Counted from the first letter of the stretch, positions 7,408 to 15,157 are shown. The stretch is 20,000 nt of DNA from an uncultured virus (IMG/VR IMGVR_UViG_3300006358_000003) (IMGVR_UViG_3300006358_000003), one strand, 5' to 3'. A program made the numbers and translations. The notes: generated from the letters alone by a model not told the origin.

Positions 7408-9689
7408 TTCTTTCCTTTCGCCGCCGGCCGCGGAGCCGGCTTGTTCGCCACCTTCCGCTTGATCTCCAGCTCCTTCAGCCCGCGCTCGTGCTCCGCAGCG
7501 GTGGCCGCCACATCCAGCCCGTGCCCAGCCGCAGCGATCCGGTGCCCGGTCATCGTCTGCTCGTGCTGGTGCTGCATCTCCTCCGTCGCCCGCTCGTGCT
7601 CCGCAGCCGCTCGAACCTGCTCGACGTTCAGCCGCTCGTGCTCAACCGCCAGCCGCTCGTTCTGTATCCGCTCCTCGCTCGCCCGGTCCTCTGCCTTGAT
7701 CTGCGCCTCAATCTGCATCTCCGCGCCCTGGTGCTGCGCCGTCAGCGCCTCGTTCGCTGCCTTGCGCTGCTGGTCGACGCTATCGTTCTGCGCCTTCGCC
7801 ACCTTGGCCTGCGCCTCGATCATCCGCGCCTGCCCGATCAGCGGATCAGGCGGTGCCGCCCCACCAGGCGCCGGCTGCGGTACGGGCTGGTGCAGGAATT
7901 GGTCGGCATCGTTCACCCCGATGCTTTTCCAAGCCCGGTCATGCACCGCCACGCGGTCGTAGATGTCCTGGTTCTGCCCTGCCACCGTCACCATCGCCGT
8001 CGCCAGCATGATGCGGTGCATCTGGCTCGGCACGTTCGGATCGGACGCCGGTACCAGATCAATGTCGGTGAACTCCGCCGCTGCCTGCCACTGACGCGCC
8101 GGGCTCTTGTTCAGCCGCCACAGCGCCTCTGGGTTCTCCGCGAAGCACTCTTTCAGCAACTGCAGCTCTCGCGCCTGCGAACGATACAGCCGCTTGTGGA
8201 CCGAACTCTCGATGTGCGTCGCCTGCTCTATCATCGCGAGGATGGTGCCGACCGGGATGTCCGTTCTCCCCTCGCCCATCGGCGCATCTGCCGCGCTCGA
8301 AAGCTGGCCAGACTCCTTGGCAATCATGTCGGCAAACTGGATGAACGTCGGGCTCGCGTCCTTGTACGGCAGCGCCATCATCGCCTTGCGGATGTCGTCA
8401 ACCCCCGCCGCGTCGATGTCCGGCCACTCGCCCGGCATCGGCTTGATCTCGTTGGTCGACATGCGGGTGCCCTTGAGCTTCACCCCCGCCGGCGCGTTCG
8501 CATACATCCCCGCCGTGACCAGGATGCGCCAGATCGCCCGCAGCGCCTTGGTCTGGTTCCCCAGCAGATGCAGATGCCCGAGGCACAGGAAGCCCAGCGC
8601 CGGGATCATCCCGTAGTGGACGAACTGCTGCTTGCGTTCGAACTCCTCGTCGCCGAACTTCCACCGCCGCCGGATGTCCAGCACCTGGCGCGTGTCCCGC
8701 TCCAGCGTCACCGCATAGGAGACCGGCAGATCACTGTCCGCGTGCGGGTCGCTTATGCCATAATCCGCCAGGACCTGATCGCAGGTCGTCTCGTAGATGC
8801 AGTAGGGAATGTCCTGCGGGCGCAACCCGAACGGCCGCACGCCGCTGACATCGTCCTTCGCCCGCTGGTCTGCCGACTGCGACGGCTGCGGCATCGACAG
8901 CGGCACATCCCGCCAGTGCCCGAACTTCTGCATCCGGCGAACCTGCGGCCGCGCCATCTCGGCCCGGTGCGTAATCCGCGTCGCCGTGTCCAGGTCGGTC
9001 GCATCCTCCGACACGATCAGGTCCATCATGTCGATGGCCTCGGACACTGGCCTCCTGCGCAACGGATGCTCGTAGACCTTCTTGAACAGATTGCCGCCGA
9101 ACATCAGACCGAACAGCCCACGGTCCATGTCCGGGTAGTACTCGGTCGCGACCGTGGTCAAATAATAATTCATGTCGCGCTCGAGGGCCTGCGCAAGCTC
9201 ATCCTGCTCTGCGTCGTCACCCTCATGCGTCTTGACCTTGCACGGCCCGCCGCTTGGCAGCAGCTCGGCAGACGCCGCCGACTGGGCCTTGACCACCGCG
9301 CCCAGCAGCATCGGATGCCCGATGCGCGACGCCGGCCCCTCGGTCTTGTCCACGTCATCGATCGTCAGACCGAGCAACCGCAGCCCCTCGGTGTAATTCT
9401 CGATGAACAGCTTCCGGCTACCCTCATCCGCCCGGATGCCGTCAAGGATGTCCTGTGCCAGCCCGGGCAGGTCACCATCGGTATTCAGCGCCAGGTTGTC
9501 GCCGAACGTCGATGGCGGCTCGGTGTTCTTGCCGCGATGCACAGCGGGTGCCGCGAGCGTCACGCTGCCGTCGTCGCCAATCTCTACCGACAGCACGCCG
9601 TTCATCGGCGCATCGGCCACCGGATCTGCGCCGAAGCCCTGCCGTGGGTTCGCGCTGTAGTTCTGCTCGCGGGTGTAGCCGTCAGGCAT
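7404..9689 (-). CDS. Portal protein with C-terminal coiled-coil barrel (P22-like architecture)
   Basis: About 761 aa from MPDGY at 9689. Motifs HPMLLGAVVKAQ, DMNYYLT..EYYPD, GNLFKKVY, PGEWPDID and LVPASDPN. Immediately downstream of terL. Confidence 0.85.
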   Translation of the reverse strand: MPDGYTREQNYSANPRQGFGADPVADAPMNGVLSVEIGDDGSVTLAAPAVHRGKNTEPPSTFGDNLALNTDGDLPGLAQDILDGIRADEGSRKLFIENYTEGLRLLGLTIDDVDKTEGPASRIGHPMLLGAVVKAQSAASAELLPSGGPCKVKTHEGDDAEQDELAQALERDMNYYLTTVATEYYPDMDRGLFGLMFGGNLFKKVYEHPLRRRPVSEAIDMMDLIVSEDATDLDTATRITHRAEMARPQVRRMQKFGHWRDVPLSMPQPSQSADQRAKDDVSGVRPFGLRPQDIPYCIYETTCDQVLADYGISDPHADSDLPVSYAVTLERDTRQVLDIRRRWKFGDEEFERKQQFVHYGMIPALGFLCLGHLHLLGNQTKALRAIWRILVTAGMYANAPAGVKLKGTRMSTNEIKPMPGEWPDIDAAGVDDIRKAMMALPYKDASPTFIQFADMIAKESGQLSSAADAPMGEGRTDIPVGTILAMIEQATHIESSVHKRLYRSQARELQLLKECFAENPEALWRLNKSPARQWQAAAEFTDIDLVPASDPNVPSQMHRIMLATAMVTVAGQNQDIYDRVAVHDRAWKSIGVNDADQFLHQPVPQPAPGGAAPPDPLIGQARMIEAQAKVAKAQNDSVDQQRKAANEALTAQHQGAEMQIEAQIKAEDRASEERIQNERLAVEHERLNVEQVRAAAEHERATEEMQHQHEQTMTGHRIAAAGHGLDVAATAAEHERGLKELEIKRKVANKPAPRPAAKGKK

Positions 9690-9709
9690 CGGTGCGGGTT
9701 CTCCACACA

Positions 9710-9770
9710 CCCAGGCCGGCGCGGCGGGATGGCAAGCTGCGGTTGTAATATTCTTTCGTCACGGGGGCAA
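9710..9770 (-). promoter_or_regulatory. Candidate portal promoter plus leader hairpin
   Basis: Minus strand TTGCCC (9770-9765), 17-nt spacer, TACAAC (9747-9742). Hairpin GCCG-GCG-CGGC at 9715-9725. Confidence 0.4.
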
Positions 9771-9779
9771 GGAATTGCG

Positions 9780-11450
9780 TCATGCTAGGCCGTATTCCTC
9801 GGCCACCGACCGCTTCCTGCCATGGAACCACAGCGCCGCGTCCTGCTCCGCCTCGACCTCGCTCGCCAACTGCGCCAGCCCGGTGCGCCGCATGTACATC
9901 AGCGCCTGCGTCGCCGTGTCGAACAGGTCGTCATGTCTCGCGCGCGGGAATTGGGCGACGTTGTCGATCATCAGGTCGGCCCATTTGGTCTTGGGCGCGT
10001 AGACCAGCCCGCCCGTGAACAACGGCACCACCGCATGCGCTCGCGCCGTCTTGTCCCCCTTGGGATCGATGGCGATGAGCTGAAACTCCTCCTCGCGGGT
10101 CAGGCGACGCAACTCCTGCACCACTGAGATGCCGGACGCCTTGCCCTCGACCAGCACCGCATCGGCTTCCCGCCCCTTGCGCCGCGCGGTCTCCTTGATG
10201 CGCTCGACCAGGTCATGCAGTTCGAGGCGCTCCTGCCAAGCGTGCAGCAGCATGATGCGCGGCCTGTTGCGCCACTCGAACACGCCCCAGACCGAGCACG
10301 CCGACCAGTCGTTCTGCTGCTTGTCTGTGTAGGCGGTGTCGACCGAGACGCAGATCCACTCGAAGTCGGGCAGGCGCGTGCGGGACCGCATCACGCCGTC
10401 GACCTCGACCTCGCGGACCCAACTGTCCTCCTCATCCTCCGGCGGCCAGACACACCACCAGTCACGTTTGATGATGCCGCCACCGCGTGGCTCCGGCCGC
10501 TGCTGGATCTGTGCGGAGAACGCGAACACCCCGAGCGCCTCGTCGACCGCGCGCTCGCTCGGCTTGTAGCGCGCCGGCCAGAAGTTCTCGCCGTCCTCGG
10601 TGCGCGGATCCTGCCAGAACAGATGGCCGTTGACGTAGGTGGTGTTGCGACGGTCGGACTCGAACCACGCCGGGATGCACAGATGCACAAGCTCGCGGCC
10701 ATAGCGGTCCAGCCAGTAGCCGGACAGGTCGCCCTCGGCCTGCCGCTGCATAATCATCACCTCGGCGCCGTGCTCCGGGGAGTTGCCGCGCGTTGACCAC
10801 ACCTCGCGGTAGGCGCGGATCACGCCATCCCGCACCAGGTCGGACTCGACCTCATCGGTCTTGTGCGGATCGTCCAGGATGCGGATCACGCCGCCCTTGC
10901 CCAGCGACTCCGGTATGCCGGTGTTGATGCGGGAGCCGCCGGCCGTGGTGTCGTATCGCTCCGCATTGTCTCGGTCGTCGGCGATCTGATACCGCTCGCC
11001 CCATCTGTCTTGATACCACTCTGTGCCGATGAGACGCCGGGCGGTCACACCATCCTCTTGCGCCTTGCGCGCGCCGTAGCTGCCGCACAGAAACCGCACG
11101 CCAGGCCCACGTAGCGGACGGTCGGCGTCTGGCTGCAGCGCCCAGGTCCACGTTGGCCACGCTATGGCAATGGCGCTGGTCTTAGCCGATCGCGGCCGGA
11201 TGTTGATGAGCAGCTTGCGGATGTCGCCGCGCGTGACCGCCTCGAGGTGCTCGCAGATGGCTTGTAGGTGCCAGCCACCGCAGAACGGCGCCGGGTCGAA
11301 CCATGGCCATGCGCGCTGCAGGAAGGTGTAGAGGCTGGCCTCGCACGCCAGCGCATCTTGCACGCGCAACTCCCGCTCGATCTCCGACAGGACGAATTGC
11401 GCGCTACCGCTGGACAGCAGATCGTCTAGGAAGGCGAGCGCCTCGCTCAT
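9780..11450 (-). CDS. terL: Terminase large subunit
   Basis: Walker A-like NIRPRSAKT, Walker B IRILDDPH, coupling motif IMQR. Nuclease domain motifs SVDTAY..DWSA, VEGKASG, DKTARA and HDDLFD. Start MSEAL at 11450 via an ATGA overlap. Confidence 0.93.
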   Translation of the reverse strand: MSEALAFLDDLLSSGSAQFVLSEIERELRVQDALACEASLYTFLQRAWPWFDPAPFCGGWHLQAICEHLEAVTRGDIRKLLINIRPRSAKTSAIAIAWPTWTWALQPDADRPLRGPGVRFLCGSYGARKAQEDGVTARRLIGTEWYQDRWGERYQIADDRDNAERYDTTAGGSRINTGIPESLGKGGVIRILDDPHKTDEVESDLVRDGVIRAYREVWSTRGNSPEHGAEVMIMQRQAEGDLSGYWLDRYGRELVHLCIPAWFESDRRNTTYVNGHLFWQDPRTEDGENFWPARYKPSERAVDEALGVFAFSAQIQQRPEPRGGGIIKRDWWCVWPPEDEEDSWVREVEVDGVMRSRTRLPDFEWICVSVDTAYTDKQQNDWSACSVWGVFEWRNRPRIMLLHAWQERLELHDLVERIKETARRKGREADAVLVEGKASGISVVQELRRLTREEEFQLIAIDPKGDKTARAHAVVPLFTGGLVYAPKTKWADLMIDNVAQFPRARHDDLFDTATQALMYMRRTGLAQLASEVEAEQDAALWFHGRKRSVAEEYGLA

Positions 11451-11701
11451 CGCCTGTACGGGTCCCCCTCCATTATGTCTTTTACGATGCGCGCCATAAC
11501 CGACAGGTCGAAATCGTTGCGGCAGGTATTCGCCATAGCGAAGCACAAGGCGAATAAGACATCAGCGTTCCGCTCGCCGGTAAGCAGGTCGCACAGGCTT
11601 TCAATGAGAGTAGCAGACAGGTCGAGGTCTGTATCATCCTGGACCGCCAGCCGTGCGGCCTCGATGCGAGCAACGTGCTGGATGTCGACTGGATCGCTCA
11701 T
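11447..11701 (-). CDS. Hypothetical protein (84 aa)
   Basis: Starts MSDPV at 11701. ATGA overlaps at both ends. Confidence 0.55.
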   Translation of the reverse strand: MSDPVDIQHVARIEAARLAVQDDTDLDLSATLIESLCDLLTGERNADVLFALCFAMANTCRNDFDLSVMARIVKDIMEGDPYRR

Positions 11702-11775
11702 CGCGTTCTCGCGCATAGCAGCAGAACCACCGCCCAGATCAGCACGACGGACGCGATGCAGCCGAAGAAGATCAC
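11698..11775 (-). CDS. 25-aa single-pass membrane peptide (not in ORF track)
   Basis: GTG start; MIFFGCIASVVLIWAVVLLLCARTR. It fills the gap exactly with GTGA and ATGA overlaps. Confidence 0.5.
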   Translation of the reverse strand: MIFFGCIASVVLIWAVVLLLCARTR

Positions 11776-11915
11776 CGCGCTGCCCTCGCCTGCGACACTT
11801 CTAGCGCGTTGACCCGGCTCTCCAGCGTCTGAATGCGCGTGTCGAGTTGGTTGCCCTGGTAGAGCGCCGCAGCGCCGCAGCCTTGGAGTAGCAATAGGAG
11901 TAGGAGCGCTCTCAT
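11772..11915 (-). CDS. 47-aa lipoprotein with coiled coil (not in ORF track)
   Basis: MRALLLLLLLQGC-GAAALYQGNQLDTRIQTLESRVNALEVSQARAAR. Signal peptide with lipobox-like LQGC (Cys13). ATGA overlap with the upstream stop. Confidence 0.65.
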   Translation of the reverse strand: MRALLLLLLLQGCGAAALYQGNQLDTRIQTLESRVNALEVSQARAAR

Positions 11916-12346
11916 GCCGTCCCCCTCGCAGTCGGGTGGATGCGCTTCACGTCGGGGAACGCCAGATCCCGCAACGCCTGCTCGATGCGGTCGCCGACAT
12001 ACGCGTCAGCACCGCATGCCGCGCACAGCACGCCAGTGATCGCCGCTGACTGACCATCCTCGCCGATGCAGGCAACGATATTGCCGCCGGGGGCAAGCAG
12101 CGGACCGCCGCATGCGAAACACAGCGGACTATTGCTGCGATCATGGCGTCCCACGACATCGCGGATCGTCGCCACCACGGCATCGAGCAGTTGCACCATG
12201 CGCGCGTTGGCTTCGCCGTAGTAGTGAGCGGCAATAAGTTGCAGGATGCCCTCTGGAGGAACGACGTAGATCGCAATCGTCCCAGCCATGGCACGGAGGT
12301 GCGCCTCTTGCTGCTTCGTTGTCATCAGTGGGCGCGTCTTGGCCAT
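11912..12346 (-). CDS. Hypothetical protein with CxxC...CxxC (possible zinc binding)
   Basis: Starts MAKTRP at 12346, 4 nt after the terS stop. Contains CFAC and CAAC. Confidence 0.6.
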   Translation of the reverse strand: MAKTRPLMTTKQQEAHLRAMAGTIAIYVVPPEGILQLIAAHYYGEANARMVQLLDAVVATIRDVVGRHDRSNSPLCFACGGPLLAPGGNIVACIGEDGQSAAITGVLCAACGADAYVGDRIEQALRDLAFPDVKRIHPTARGTA

Positions 12347-12350
12347 CAGT

Positions 12351-12749
12351 TCACACGATCCCCAGCGCACGCTTGAGCAAAGTTGCGAGCGATGTGAGTT
12401 CGTCTGGCGTGAGTGCCGCAAGCGATACGCGCTGATTGCGATCGTCGCCGCTGTGATCGCGCGGTTTGCCGACGCCACGGTTGAGCACAGCCTCGGTGGC
12501 CATGAGGCGCACCCGGCTATCATCGTCGTGCATCAGTTGGACTTGGATAAGCGCAGCCTCTGGCGAGTTCGCAGCGCAGATCCGGCGCGCCTCGTGGTAA
12601 GCGGATAGATCGACCGGCCCGTTTGGATTGCCGGACTGACCAGGCTGATACGGGATTAGGCGGCCGTGCCCATGGGATGGAATGTGGACGGCTCTGCCAT
12701 CCTCTCTGTCATCAGAGCGCGGTTTCCTCAGCGCGGCCGACTTAGCCAC
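12351..12749 (-). CDS. terS: Terminase small subunit (DUF5681-like)
   Basis: PYQPGQSGNPNG motif followed by helices (SRVRLMATEAVLNRGVGKP). Lies upstream of terL. Confidence 0.75.
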   Translation of the reverse strand: MAKSAALRKPRSDDREDGRAVHIPSHGHGRLIPYQPGQSGNPNGPVDLSAYHEARRICAANSPEAALIQVQLMHDDDSRVRLMATEAVLNRGVGKPRDHSGDDRNQRVSLAALTPDELTSLATLLKRALGIV

Positions 12750-12927
12750 TGGCGGTTTCCTCCACGATTGCGGGCACTGGAAGCCAGAGCATTTGGAGGC
12801 TGGCGATATCCTTCCAGCACTGCTCTAGGCTGCCGTTGTTCCAGCGTAGTTGCGGGGTTAGGCGGAACATGACGCCGTCGACTAGGCGCGTTTGGACGCC
12901 GTCACGGTGGGTGACGATGTTGGTCAT
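12742..12927 (-). CDS. Hypothetical protein
   Basis: 61 aa. SD GAGAGG. Overlaps the terS start. Confidence 0.55.
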   Translation of the reverse strand: MTNIVTHRDGVQTRLVDGVMFRLTPQLRWNNGSLEQCWKDIASLQMLWLPVPAIVEETASG

Positions 12928-12947
12928 GCATTACCTCTCATTAGGAC

Positions 12948-12977
12948 TTGACACCCTAGGACATGTTGCGGTATGGT
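12948..12977 (+). promoter_or_regulatory. Sigma70-type promoter of the plus-strand operon
   Basis: TTGACA (12948-12953), 18-nt spacer, TATGGT (12972-12977). SD AGGAG at 12990-12994 and ATG at 13002. Confidence 0.7.
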
Positions 12978-13001
12978 TGCGTCGTTAACAGGAGACGACA
13001 G

Positions 13002-13193
13002 ATGGCCAAGACAACTTTCCAATATCGCGACCACGACATCATTCAGATACTGAAGATCAGCCGCTCGCCGCGCTTCGCAAACACCTTGGGATACACGGTC
13101 TATCGCTCTGGCGTTGCGGTTCACTTCCCCAACAGCATGCTTGAGGCAGTCCGTTGGATCGACAAAGCAGCTTGGAACAACACGGGGGCTTAG
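13002..13193 (+). CDS. Small hypothetical protein (63 aa), first gene of the plus-strand operon
   Basis: SD AGGAG; begins MAKTTFQYRDHDII. Confidence 0.7.
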   Translation: MAKTTFQYRDHDIIQILKISRSPRFANTLGYTVYRSGVAVHFPNSMLEAVRWIDKAAWNNTGA

Positions 13194-13228
13194 GCCCCCG
13201 CCTCCACCACCCTCACCAGGAGACGACG

Positions 13229-13390
13229 ATGACCGAGGAACAGATTGAGCGCCGGGTTGAGCGGATGGTTGACCAGCTTGACCGGGAATACCTGTCGTCT
13301 GGCATGACGGCTGACCACTACCAGCAGCGCATGAAGCAGATCGACGACTGGGCTTGGATGCAGAACTACGAGCGCCGGTTGAGCGCATAG
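13229..13390 (+). CDS. Small helical protein (53 aa)
   Basis: SD AGGAG; MTEEQIERRVERMVDQLDREYLSSGMTADHYQQRMKQIDDWA... Confidence 0.7.
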   Translation: MTEEQIERRVERMVDQLDREYLSSGMTADHYQQRMKQIDDWAWMQNYERRLSA

Positions 13391-13403
13391 AGGGAGAACG
13401 AAG

Positions 13404-13958
13404 ATGGCAAGCAACGAATTTGCAGGCAGCCTGTATCGCAACCAAGAAGCCATGGTGGACGCGATTGCGTATGCGTGGCTCGGGAGCGGCGGGATTTGCG
13501 GGGATGCAGAGCGGAAAATCCTGACTGAGATGACCGACGAACAGCTTGCGGCCGAGTGCATCCAGGGTTGGGAGTTGGATCAGCGGTCGGGCGAGAAGGA
13601 ATGGGAAGACCCGGCGGACGAGGACAGCGCCGAGGTTGAGTGCGCTGACAGCCACATGGAGGAGCAGGGTTACGACCGGGAGGATTTGGTCATTGCGTTC
13701 GCCAAGCTGCGGGAGAAGCTGCTTGCGGTGACTGTCGAGCAGTATGCGCCTGACGGGCATGAGCCTCCTGCCAGCGACCTGTTCCGCGCTGATTGTGCGA
13801 CGGTCGAGGAAGCCCGCGCTGTAATCCGGCAACGGATAGGGGTGCATTTCGATAGCCCGGACTGCCGCTGGTACTGCCCCGAGGATGGGGTGATCGAGGC
13901 TTACAACGAGAACGGCCACGCCGGGTGCGGCGGCTACGTCATTCGCGGGGAGGGCTGA
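13404..13958 (+). CDS. Strongly acidic hypothetical protein (184 aa)
   Basis: SD GGGAG. Asp/Glu-rich tracts such as EKEWEDPADEDSAEVE and MEEQGYDRED. Confidence 0.7.
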   Translation: MASNEFAGSLYRNQEAMVDAIAYAWLGSGGICGDAERKILTEMTDEQLAAECIQGWELDQRSGEKEWEDPADEDSAEVECADSHMEEQGYDREDLVIAFAKLREKLLAVTVEQYAPDGHEPPASDLFRADCATVEEARAVIRQRIGVHFDSPDCRWYCPEDGVIEAYNENGHAGCGGYVIRGEG

Positions 13959-13961
13959 CCG

Positions 13962-14174
13962 ATGAGAGCCAAACACCGAGTTATCGAACGCTTCCCAGAC
14001 GCGCGCCTCGTGGCGATTGATTACTGGGAGGATGGTTCTCCGCGCTACCAGCGCGTAGTCACGGGTGGGGAATGGGACACGACAATTCTGGACGTTCACG
14101 ACTGGGATGGTCAGCAGGGCGCGACTGCCGCATGGCGCAGCGCACATTCCTGGTGCAAGAGACACCCGGCATGA
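13962..14174 (+). CDS. Small hypothetical protein (70 aa)
   Basis: SD GGAGG; starts 3 nt after the upstream stop. Confidence 0.65.
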   Translation: MRAKHRVIERFPDARLVAIDYWEDGSPRYQRVVTGGEWDTTILDVHDWDGQQGATAAWRSAHSWCKRHPA

Positions 14175-14371
14175 CCGCGCCCGAGTTCCGTGCTGCGTTG
14201 GGCCGCGTTGGTGAGAGCCAGCGCGGTTTTGCGCGTTTGGTTGGCGTGGACGAGCGCACGGTGCGGCGGTGGGTTGCTGGCGCGGCGGAGGTGCCGCTGT
14301 GGGTGCCGCTGCTGCTCGGGCTGATGGAGCGTTCATCCGACCCTTCCCGCGCCGGGGCCGTGGGCGTCTAG
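14171..14371 (+). CDS. Small XRE/Cro-like HTH protein (Aca-like), last gene of the operon
   Basis: ATGA overlap. MTAPEFRAALGRVGESQRGFARLVGVDERTVRRWVAG is a typical HTH pattern. Confidence 0.8.
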   Translation: MTAPEFRAALGRVGESQRGFARLVGVDERTVRRWVAGAAEVPLWVPLLLGLMERSSDPSRAGAVGV

Positions 14372-14731
14372 CCTGTAGGCGTCGGCCCAGTCCGGATTGC
14401 GGGCGGCGTCCTCGGCTGCCTCGCGGGTGGGATACGACCAGCCGTCCAGGGTGCCATCCTCGGTAACGACGATCCACCGGCCATGCCGTTCGGCTACATG
14501 CCTCGTGCCGGGGCTGTGAGCGTCGCTGGCGGCGTCTAGCGTCTGCCCGCTATCCGATAACCTGGGAGCGCCCTGGCCGCCCTGTAGCGCGCTCTGAGGG
14601 GCGGCGTGGGCCTCGGCGTCGATGGCGTGGCGTGCGTCGATGATCGGCTGCCTGAGTGCGTCCGGCAGGTCGAACACCGCCAGCAGCGCATCGGCGACGA
14701 GGAGGAGCAGCAGGCGCTCGGCTTCGGTCAT
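14333..14731 (-). CDS. Hypothetical protein
   Basis: 132 aa. ATGA overlap. Its 3' end overlaps the HTH gene convergently. Confidence 0.5.
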   Translation of the reverse strand: MTEAERLLLLLVADALLAVFDLPDALRQPIIDARHAIDAEAHAAPQSALQGGQGAPRLSDSGQTLDAASDAHSPGTRHVAERHGRWIVVTEDGTLDGWSYPTREAAEDAARNPDWADAYRLDAHGPGAGRVG

Positions 14732-14952
14732 CTCCGCGCTCCGTTGCGAGCATCGCGTAGGTTCGAGAGCCAGTCAGCCTCGTGCCAGGTTTCGACGCCA
14801 TCGACGCGCCGCTTGATGTCGAGCGTGTTGCGCGGGTGCAGTTCGTCCAGCAGGTCGCGACCATCGACGTGCGAGAACGTGGCCAACGCCATGGCGTCGA
14901 AGCGGCGCACCTTCTCCTCGGGCGATAGGTCGAGGAACTCGGCTTCGGTCAC
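14728..14952 (-). CDS. Hypothetical protein
   Basis: 74 aa. GTG start with SD AGGAG. Confidence 0.6.
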   Translation of the reverse strand: MTEAEFLDLSPEEKVRRFDAMALATFSHVDGRDLLDELHPRNTLDIKRRVDGVETWHEADWLSNLRDARNGARR

Positions 14953-14979
14953 GGTGCGGCTCCTGCGTCGGGGTGGGTC

Positions 14980-15151
14980 GCGTCAATTCCTGCGTCAATT
15001 CCTGCGTCAATTCCGGGCGTTGTGCCTGCCATGTTGGGGGGCAGCGGGGATGGCTGCGTCAATTTTACAGGGCCTTTAGGCCCTGAATTGACGCACCCCG
15101 CCCCCCGGCGGCCCAACGCTGCGTCAATTATGCTGCAATTATGCGTCAATT
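14980..15151. repeat. Iteron cluster and palindrome; candidate replication origin
   Basis: GCGTCAATT at 14980, 14992, 15004, 15056, 15121 and 15143, inverted at 15086-15094, and degenerate at 15132. Directly downstream of the helicase gene. Confidence 0.75.
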
Positions 15152-15157
15152 CTCGGG

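Noticed and set aside
7338..9788. 816-aa plus-strand ORF (likewise 1362-3020 and 4720-5955)
   Set aside because: These are antisense shadows of the portal, capsid and scaffold genes, expected in high-GC coding DNA. They have no SD and no recognisable motifs.
12984..12989. CtrA site (GTTAAC) in the divergent promoter region
   Set aside because: It is only a half site, with no TTAA-N7-TTAA.
12924..14477. 517-aa minus-strand ORF
   Set aside because: It is antisense to five plus-strand genes that have a promoter, SDs and coupling, and its sequence looks non-protein-like.
14980..15151. Possible CRISPR array
   Set aside because: The repeats are only 9-12 bp, tandem or inverted, with no 30-40 bp unique spacers and no cas genes.
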